DNA of 64,000 bases from the NCBI RefSeq assembly GCF_032153895.1, contig NZ_JALDYN010000011.1, positions 3,937-67,936 on the forward strand, given 5' to 3'. Numbering within the stretch: the stretch's first letter is position 1; every line of letters starts with the position of its first letter. Under the pieces are notes generated by a model. That model searched no databases, was not told the DNA's origin, and saw nothing but the letters and a program-made list of their open reading frames with translations. This document shows positions 57,506 to 64,000 of the stretch, one piece after another. A program made the position numbers and the translations under genes. The DNA is from Flavobacterium sp. (GTDB lineage: Bacteria > Bacteroidota > Bacteroidia > Flavobacteriales > Flavobacteriaceae).

Positions 57506-58849
57506 ATGCAACTAACTGAATTGAATGCTATTTCGCCAATCGATGGTCGTTATAGAAATAAAACGGTTTCCCTATCTCAATATTTTTCTGAAGAAGCTTT
57601 AATCCGCTACCGTGTTTTGGTGGAAGTGGAATATTTTATTGCTTTATGCGAATTGCCTTTACCGCAACTTTCGGGAGTTGATAAAAACTTATATCCGGAA
57701 TTGCGCAAAATGTATGAGAACTTCTCTACGGAAGACGCCCTTTGGATTAAAGAAACCGAAAAAACAACCAATCACGATGTAAAAGCTGTTGAATATTTCA
57801 TCAAGGCGGCTTTTGACAAGTTAGGTTTGCAACAATACAAAGAATTCATTCACTTCGGATTGACTTCGCAAGACATCAACAATACCGCGATTCCTTTATC
57901 GACTAAAGAAGCTTTTGAAAAAGTATATATGCCGTCGTTAATCAGTGTCGTTTCAAAATTAAAAGACTTAAGTATCGAGTGGAAGGATGTTCCGATGTTA
58001 GCCCGCACCCACGGACAACCGGCTTCCCCTACCCGTTTAGGTAAAGAAATTCAGGTTTTTGTTGAGCGTTTGGAAGAGCAGATGCGTTTGTTATTCAACG
58101 TTCCGTTTGCCGCTAAATTTGGTGGCGCAACAGGAAATTACAACGCGCATGCGATTGCTTATCCGAACAATGACTGGAGAAAATTCGGAAATGAATTTGT
58201 GGAAGAAGTTTTAGGCTTACACCACTCATTCCCCACTACGCAGATTGAGCATTACGATCATTTTGCAGCTTTCTTTGACGCTTTAAAACGCATCAACACG
58301 ATTTTAATAGACTTAGACCGTGACATCTGGACGTATGTTTCGATGGATTATTTCAAACAGAAAATTAAAGCGGGTGAAATTGGTTCATCTGCTATGCCTC
58401 ATAAAGTAAACCCTATCGATTTTGAAAATTCTGAAGGCAACTTAGGAATTGCCAACGCGATTTTCGAACATTTATCGGCTAAATTACCGGTTTCAAGATT
58501 ACAGCGCGACTTGACCGACAGTACGGTTTTAAGAAATATCGGTGTTCCGATGGGACATACGCTAATCGCTTTCGAAGCCACTTTAAAAGGTTTGAACAAA
58601 TTGCTTTTAAACGCAGAGAAATTCGAAGAAGATTTAGAGAAAAACTGGGCTGTGGTTGCCGAAGCTATCCAAACGATTTTACGTCGTGAAGGTTATCCGA
58701 ATCCTTACGAAGCTTTGAAGGATTTGACCAGAACGAATACTGTTATCAATAAAGAAGCTATTCATAACTTCATCGGTACATTAAATGTTTCGGACGATGT
58801 TAAAGCGGAATTGTTGCGAATTACACCTTCAAATTATTTAGGAATTTAA
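57506..58849 (+). CDS. purB: Adenylosuccinate lyase
   Basis: SPIDGRY, TNHDVKAVE, RTHGQPA, SSAMPHKVNPIDFEN; TATCTTTG box at 57473-57480. Confidence 0.97.
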   Translation: MQLTELNAISPIDGRYRNKTVSLSQYFSEEALIRYRVLVEVEYFIALCELPLPQLSGVDKNLYPELRKMYENFSTEDALWIKETEKTTNHDVKAVEYFIKAAFDKLGLQQYKEFIHFGLTSQDINNTAIPLSTKEAFEKVYMPSLISVVSKLKDLSIEWKDVPMLARTHGQPASPTRLGKEIQVFVERLEEQMRLLFNVPFAAKFGGATGNYNAHAIAYPNNDWRKFGNEFVEEVLGLHHSFPTTQIEHYDHFAAFFDALKRINTILIDLDRDIWTYVSMDYFKQKIKAGEIGSSAMPHKVNPIDFENSEGNLGIANAIFEHLSAKLPVSRLQRDLTDSTVLRNIGVPMGHTLIAFEATLKGLNKLLLNAEKFEEDLEKNWAVVAEAIQTILRREGYPNPYEALKDLTRTNTVINKEAIHNFIGTLNVSDDVKAELLRITPSNYLGI

Positions 58850-58870
58850 TTTTCTAACAATACTAATAGC

Positions 58871-58900
58871 AATCCCGTTAAATATTTAGCGGGATTTTTT
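58871..58900 (+). terminator. Intrinsic terminator (AATCCCG family)
   Basis: AATCCCGTTA-AATAT-TTAGCGGGATTTTTT. Confidence 0.85.
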
Positions 58901-59024
58901 TATGCAGTAAAATTGCAAGAAATCATAAATTCGTCTTAAAAGCGATTGGATTGAGCGATAAAACTTGATTAAAACGGCTTTTTTTAGTATTTTTCGCAAT
59001 ATTCATTTTTTATACTATAAGCCT

Positions 59025-61262
59025 ATGTTTTTAACTGTTGCCGCTACGACAACTTCGCATCTGAAACCTTTAATAAGCGATTTGGGGCTCATTTTAATGA
59101 CCGCCGGAATTGCTGTATTAATCTTTAGAAAATTAAAACAACCCTTAGTTTTAGGGTATTTGATTGCGGGATTTCTTGCAGGCAACAATTTTGACTTTTT
59201 CCCAACCGTAAAAGACCATCACAGTGTTGAAGTTTGGGCTGAAATTGGTGTAATCTTCCTTTTATTCAGTTTAGGACTCGAATTCAGTTTTAAAAAGTTA
59301 GTTAAAGTAGGCGGAACAGCTTCCATTACAGCTGCAACGCAAATCGTCACCATGGTTGCCCTCGGATTTCTGGTCGGACAAATGATGGGCTGGAGTAAAA
59401 TGGACAGTATTTTTCTGGGTGTAATGCTTTCAATTTCATCGACTACCATTATCTTAAAAACCTTTGATGAATTGGGTGTAAAAGCCCAAAAATTTGCCGG
59501 AAACGTTATCGGTGCGCTTATTGTTCAGGATATTTTAGCGATTTTGATGATGGTGTTGCTATCCACTTTAGCGGTAAGTCAGCAGTTTTCGGGAAGCGAA
59601 TTACTGCAATCGGTATTAAAACTTGTCTTCTTTCTAACGATTTGGTTTGTAGCGGGAATCTTTTTCATTCCGACTTTGTTGAAAAAAGCCAAACATCTTT
59701 TAACCGATGAAATGTTATTAATTCTTTCACTTGCTTTATGTTTAGTGATGGTTACTTTAGCAGCAAACGTTGGTTTTTCACCCGCTTTAGGCGCTTTTAT
59801 CATGGGTTCCATCATAGCCGAAACTACTCAGGCGGAACATATTGAACATCTCATCAAACCCGTAAAACATCTTTTTGGAGCTGTATTCTTTGTATCCGTC
59901 GGAATGTTGATTAATCCGGATACTTTGGTGCAATACGCTTTTCCGGTTGCGGTTTTAACTTTGGTTACGATTTTCGGACAATCCATCAGTTCAACAATCG
60001 GTTCTTTACTATCAGGACAACCTTTAAAACAATCGGTTCAGGCGGGTGTAAGTTTGTCGCAGATTGGGGAATTCTCCTTTATCATTGCCACTTTAGGTAT
60101 GACTTTAGGGGCAACGAGTGATTTTTTATATCCGACAGTCGTTGCCGTTTCTGCCATTACAACGTTTACGACGCCGTATATGGTGAAATTCGGAACACCT
60201 TTAGCGGTATATCTGGAGAAAAAATTACCAAGAAAATGGGTAAAAGCCATAGCCGATTACAGTGCGAATACGGAAGCTATCAAGACCTTATCTACCTGGC
60301 AGATTGTGATTAGAGCTTACATTTTTCAGATTGTCTTCCACTCTATCATAATTGTTGCAATTATCTTGTTATCAACAAAATACATCATTCCATTATTAGA
60401 CGGATTAAAATTCGGGCACGGATTGGCCGCTTTATTAACCTTGGTAATTGTTTCCCCCTTTTTATGGGCGCTATCATTACGAAGAATTGCTTCAGAAGAA
60501 GTCAACGAATTATTCAAAAACCGAAAATCAAGAGGGCCACTTTTATTGTTGGTTTTCCTTAGAATGGGATTGGGCTTGTTTTTCATCGGATTCATCTTAA
60601 ACAACTTCTTTTCACCTGTAATCGCCGGAATCGCGCTTGTGATAGCTTTGGCTTCCTATTTACTTTTCCCGAAACAGCTACACGCTCGTTACAACCGCAT
60701 TGAACAACACTTCTTAAGCAATTTAAACGACCGAGAAATTACGAAAGAAAGTCGCTTACGAAAAGACTTGACACCTTGGGATGGTCACATGGCGACCTTT
60801 GAAATTACAGGAACTTCCAATTTATCCGGAAAAACGCTTCAGGAATTACAAATGCGCGAAAAAATCGGAATTAACATCGCTTTTATCAAGCGTGGTGAAT
60901 ACATTATCAATGTTCCAAGCCGAAACGAACGTTTATTTCCGAGTGATGAAATTTGCGTTATCGGAACGGATTCTCAGGTAAAAAAGTTTCAAAAATTTCT
61001 GGAATTGAACGAAATCGAACCGCCAGAAAGCACCACTGAATCGGAAATTGTTTTACAGCATTTGGAACTCAAAAACGAATCCTTCATTGGAAAAAGTATA
61101 CGGGAATCTCAAATCAGGGAAAAAACGAGCGGCTTAGTCGTTGGTATCGAACGAAATGGCAGAAGGATGCTCAACCCAGATTCACATTTAGTTTTAGAAC
61201 AAGGTGACATTCTTTGGGTAGTAGGCGATAAAAAGCTCCTCACAAGTTTGGAAAAATGTTAA
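59025..61262 (+). CDS. CPA2 cation:proton antiporter with two TrkA-C (RCK_C) domains
   Basis: GVIFLLFSLGLEFS, LIVQD, SQIGEFSFII, C-terminal LVVGIERNG; ATG 59025. Confidence 0.92.
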   Translation: MFLTVAATTTSHLKPLISDLGLILMTAGIAVLIFRKLKQPLVLGYLIAGFLAGNNFDFFPTVKDHHSVEVWAEIGVIFLLFSLGLEFSFKKLVKVGGTASITAATQIVTMVALGFLVGQMMGWSKMDSIFLGVMLSISSTTIILKTFDELGVKAQKFAGNVIGALIVQDILAILMMVLLSTLAVSQQFSGSELLQSVLKLVFFLTIWFVAGIFFIPTLLKKAKHLLTDEMLLILSLALCLVMVTLAANVGFSPALGAFIMGSIIAETTQAEHIEHLIKPVKHLFGAVFFVSVGMLINPDTLVQYAFPVAVLTLVTIFGQSISSTIGSLLSGQPLKQSVQAGVSLSQIGEFSFIIATLGMTLGATSDFLYPTVVAVSAITTFTTPYMVKFGTPLAVYLEKKLPRKWVKAIADYSANTEAIKTLSTWQIVIRAYIFQIVFHSIIIVAIILLSTKYIIPLLDGLKFGHGLAALLTLVIVSPFLWALSLRRIASEEVNELFKNRKSRGPLLLLVFLRMGLGLFFIGFILNNFFSPVIAGIALVIALASYLLFPKQLHARYNRIEQHFLSNLNDREITKESRLRKDLTPWDGHMATFEITGTSNLSGKTLQELQMREKIGINIAFIKRGEYIINVPSRNERLFPSDEICVIGTDSQVKKFQKFLELNEIEPPESTTESEIVLQHLELKNESFIGKSIRESQIREKTSGLVVGIERNGRRMLNPDSHLVLEQGDILWVVGDKKLLTSLEKC

Positions 61263-61265
61263 TTG

Positions 61266-61295
61266 AAAAGGATGGTTTTATACTGTCCTTTTTTT
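61266..61295 (+). terminator. Intrinsic terminator
   Basis: AAAAGGATGGT-TTTAT-ACTGTCCTTTTTTT. Confidence 0.8.
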
Positions 61296-61697
61296 ATGTC
61301 ACACTTTAAAAAAATGACAACTATCTTTTCATTTTTCTTAATATTCCTATATTTTTTAATCAATTAATTAAACATTAAGTTGTGATTTTGTTAATCACAA
61401 TTAAATTATAAAAACTTGTTTTTTATCACATCTTTCATAGTTTTAATTTTAAAATATTGATTTTCAATATTTTATAAATTGTAAATTTTTGAATATTCAG
61501 CAAATCTTCTTTATTTTTTATACAACTTTTGGTTTCAATTCATCAACCAATTGGCACTTCAAAACATACTTTTATATATTTGGTTTAACAGTTATTTAAC
61601 ATTTTGTAAAATAATAATGCTTTAGTGATTTTATATCACTATTGATTAAAAATAAAAACAACACAATAACAACAAACAACTAAACCAAAAACAAGTA

Positions 61698-64000
61698 ATG
61701 TCATTAAATTTATTTAAAAACAAAATTGTAGGTTTCGCCATAATTGCTTTTTCAATAGGTAATGTATTTGCCCAGTCACCAGGAGGAGTATCTACAAATC
61801 TAACATTATGGTTAAAAGCTAACAATCCTGCATCGATTACCGGCTCACCGGTTCAAACATGGACAACCAGCGGCGGAACTGCAGCAGGCTACAGTTTAAA
61901 CCAAACAAATGTGGCAAACCGGCCTCTTTTCGTAGATGGTGCTACTAATTATAAGATGTTTAATTACAATCCCCGATTAGACTTTATTCGAACATCGAGC
62001 ACTAAAATCTTCAACTCTTCAACCACCCCTAATTTATTAGGTAACAATGGAACCGCCATCGTTGTATCGTCACAGGAAATCGGAAATATTTTCACCTATG
62101 CATCAGGCGGACGCTACCAATTAAAACCAACATGGCGTTTTCAAACCGGGATCAGCGGTACTGGCTATACTTTTGATTGGACTCCTCCAACGGAATTTTC
62201 CACAGATGCCGGAACAATAATGTGTAGTTATGGCTGTGGAACAAACATGGAATTGCGTAAAAACTCAATATTAGCCTCTACTCCATCAAATGTTGCAACT
62301 ACATATAACCCAGCAATTTCTAACGGACTTTATCTGGGTGCAAACAATTCAACGGAATATGCAGACAGTTCAATTGCAGAAATAATTTTATTTAACACAA
62401 AACTGACTGCTGCCGAAATGGATCGGGTTGAAAGCTATCTTTCACTTAAATACGGAATCACAAGAGGTGGAAATACCAATACTACTGCACTATACAACTA
62501 TATTGCTTCAGATGCTGCAACTGTATTTTGGGATAAAAGCATCAACACTGGTTTTAACAATGACATCGCAGGAATTGGAAGGGATGACAACAGTGGTTTA
62601 AATCAAAAGCAATCTATAAGCTGTAACAACAACGAGGCAGTTACCATTGCTTTAGGCAACACAATTGCTTTGGAAAACACAAGTAATCCTAACGCTTTTA
62701 CAGGAAATCTTTCTTTTTTAACTTGGGGAAATAATGGTCTTTCAAACGATTTTAATAACGCGACTACATTTCCTATCGGAATTCTGGAACGTCTAAACAG
62801 AGTATGGAAAACTCAGGCTACTAATTTCAATCAGCAGATATCTGTTGGTTTTGAGAACTCTATAATTACTGGTATGGGTTCAGGATCAGACTTGGTTTTA
62901 CTGTTTGATGAAGACGGAGTTGATTTTTCAAATGCTACCCGAGTTGCAGCTTGTTATGGCTTTAATGCTGACAACAAAATTCAATTTAGAGGAATTAATA
63001 TTCCGGCTGGAAAACCATACTTTACCTTAGCCCGAATGATTACGCCTACACAAGTAGCGAATAATGGTCCGTTATGTGATGGAAGTACTCTAAATTTAAC
63101 TTCTCAGTCCTTAACTCCTGATACCGAATATTTCTGGATCGGGCCAAACGGATTTACTTCAATAGATCAAAATCCTATGATTCCTTCTGTTTCATCTGTT
63201 GATGCTGGCACATATACCGTGTATATTACTACACAAAATTGCACAACAGAATTAAGTACTGATGTTACCATCAATCCACTAATTACTCCAAATTTCACAG
63301 CAGTACCTCCAATTTGTAGTGGTGACACATTATCTGCACTACCAACAACTTCAACCGACGGCATTACTGGTATATGGTCTCCAGATTTAGATAATACTAC
63401 AACTACAACCTATACTTTTACTCCCGATGCTGGACAGTGTGCAACCAGTACTACTATGACGATTACGGTGAATTCGACCATCACACCTACTTTTGATCAA
63501 GTAGCTCCAATTTGCAATGGCAGTACTCTAAATGATTTACCTACAACTTCCAATGATGGAATTACAGGAACGTGGTCACCATCTTTAGACAATACAGCAA
63601 CCACAACCTATACTTTTACTCCCGATACTGGGCAATGCGCGTCTACAACAAGTATGATGATTACTGTAAATACCTTACCTGTCATTACTGGAATTTTGAC
63701 AGTTTGCGAAGGATTGACAAGCACACTTGTTGGATCGGGAATACCAGCATTGTCTGATGCTTGGATATCATCAGATACTTCAATTGCAACGATTGATACT
63801 AACGGAATTCTTAGTGGTATTTCTGAAGGAACTGCAACAATAACTTATACAGACGAAAACGGATGTGGTACAACGGTATTAGTAACTGTTAATCCGCAGC
63901 CAACCATTTCTGGAAACTTATCTCTTTGTATCAATGACACTTCGCAGTTAAGCGGATCGGATTCACCGGCATCATCAAATGCATGGATTACTTCTGACAG
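61698..64000 (+). CDS. Large surface adhesin-like (probable T9SS cargo) protein, 3'-truncated by window edge; absent from ORF track
   Basis: MSLNLFKNKIVGFAIIAFSIGNVFAQSPGGVSTNLTLWLKA..., ESYLSLKYGIT, Ig-like repeats; I translated the frame and found no stop up to 64000; TATATTTG box at 61575-61582. Confidence 0.85.
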   Translation, partial: MSLNLFKNKIVGFAIIAFSIGNVFAQSPGGVSTNLTLWLKANNPASITGSPVQTWTTSGGTAAGYSLNQTNVANRPLFVDGATNYKMFNYNPRLDFIRTSSTKIFNSSTTPNLLGNNGTAIVVSSQEIGNIFTYASGGRYQLKPTWRFQTGISGTGYTFDWTPPTEFSTDAGTIMCSYGCGTNMELRKNSILASTPSNVATTYNPAISNGLYLGANNSTEYADSSIAEIILFNTKLTAAEMDRVESYLSLKYGITRGGNTNTTALYNYIASDAATVFWDKSINTGFNNDIAGIGRDDNSGLNQKQSISCNNNEAVTIALGNTIALENTSNPNAFTGNLSFLTWGNNGLSNDFNNATTFPIGILERLNRVWKTQATNFNQQISVGFENSIITGMGSGSDLVLLFDEDGVDFSNATRVAACYGFNADNKIQFRGINIPAGKPYFTLARMITPTQVANNGPLCDGSTLNLTSQSLTPDTEYFWIGPNGFTSIDQNPMIPSVSSVDAGTYTVYITTQNCTTELSTDVTINPLITPNFTAVPPICSGDTLSALPTTSTDGITGIWSPDLDNTTTTTYTFTPDAGQCATSTTMTITVNSTITPTFDQVAPICNGSTLNDLPTTSNDGITGTWSPSLDNTATTTYTFTPDTGQCASTTSMMITVNTLPVITGILTVCEGLTSTLVGSGIPALSDAWISSDTSIATIDTNGILSGISEGTATITYTDENGCGTTVLVTVNPQPTISGNLSLCINDTSQLSGSDSPASSNAWITSD
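63282..63677 (+). repeat. Two tandem 198-bp (66-aa) Thr-rich coding repeats
   Basis: ITP.F..V.PIC.G..L..LPTTS.DGITG.WSP.LDNT.TTTYTFTPD.GQCA..T.M.ITVN occurs twice. Confidence 0.85.

Noticed and set aside
99-60981. Many short antisense or alternative-frame ORFs in the track (e.g. 99-431, 2987-3562, 7173-7592, 15479-15868, 53412-53741, 60326-60604)
   Set aside because: They lie wholly within well-supported genes, have no recognisable motifs, and look like shadow ORFs.
61414-61696. 10-bp inverted repeat ACTTGTTTTT/AAAAACAAGT flanking the adhesin promoter (possible invertible promoter)
   Set aside because: Too short and AT-rich, does not extend, and no recombinase gene is nearby.

Overview
AT-rich chromosomal window from a Flavobacterium-like member of Bacteroidota (TAnnTTTG promoters, T9SS cargo genes). 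About 55 protein genes. No rRNA, tRNA, CRISPR array, integrase or transposase was found. Bases 1-23.5 kb are mostly core genes: DEAD-box helicase end, BatA-domain protein, a dihydroorotase-like protein missing its metal histidines, bcp, nth, an ECF sigma factor, uvrA, an M28 peptidase, GT4-crcB-yfhO, and a probable sulfonolipid pair (cysteate acyltransferase plus a ceramide-synthase-like GNAT). A candidate ~64-nt structured sRNA lies at 23661-23724. An accessory-looking block (~23.7-42.7 kb) carries a T9SS type-B adhesin/PorP-SprF/OmpA cassette, a CI-like regulator and a TetR-controlled ABC/HlyD/TolC exporter. The most unusual region is 42.9-51.0 kb. It has a GAF protein whose C-terminus resembles a divergent class III nucleotidyl cyclase, and its stop codon overlaps that of an HD-phosphohydrolase fused to a Pycsar-effector (PycTM/DUF5706)-like membrane domain. 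Next come a lipoprotein fusing a purple-acid-phosphatase domain, an atypical kinase-like domain and an Omp85 barrel, and a beta-propeller lipoprotein. Together these form a candidate uncharacterised nucleotide/phosphate signalling system. The right end holds rdgB, deaD, trmH, an ECF/anti-sigma pair, cobB, purB, a CPA2 antiporter and the 5' part of a second large T9SS adhesin that is absent from the ORF track. All domain calls are by-eye motif recognition; no database search was run.
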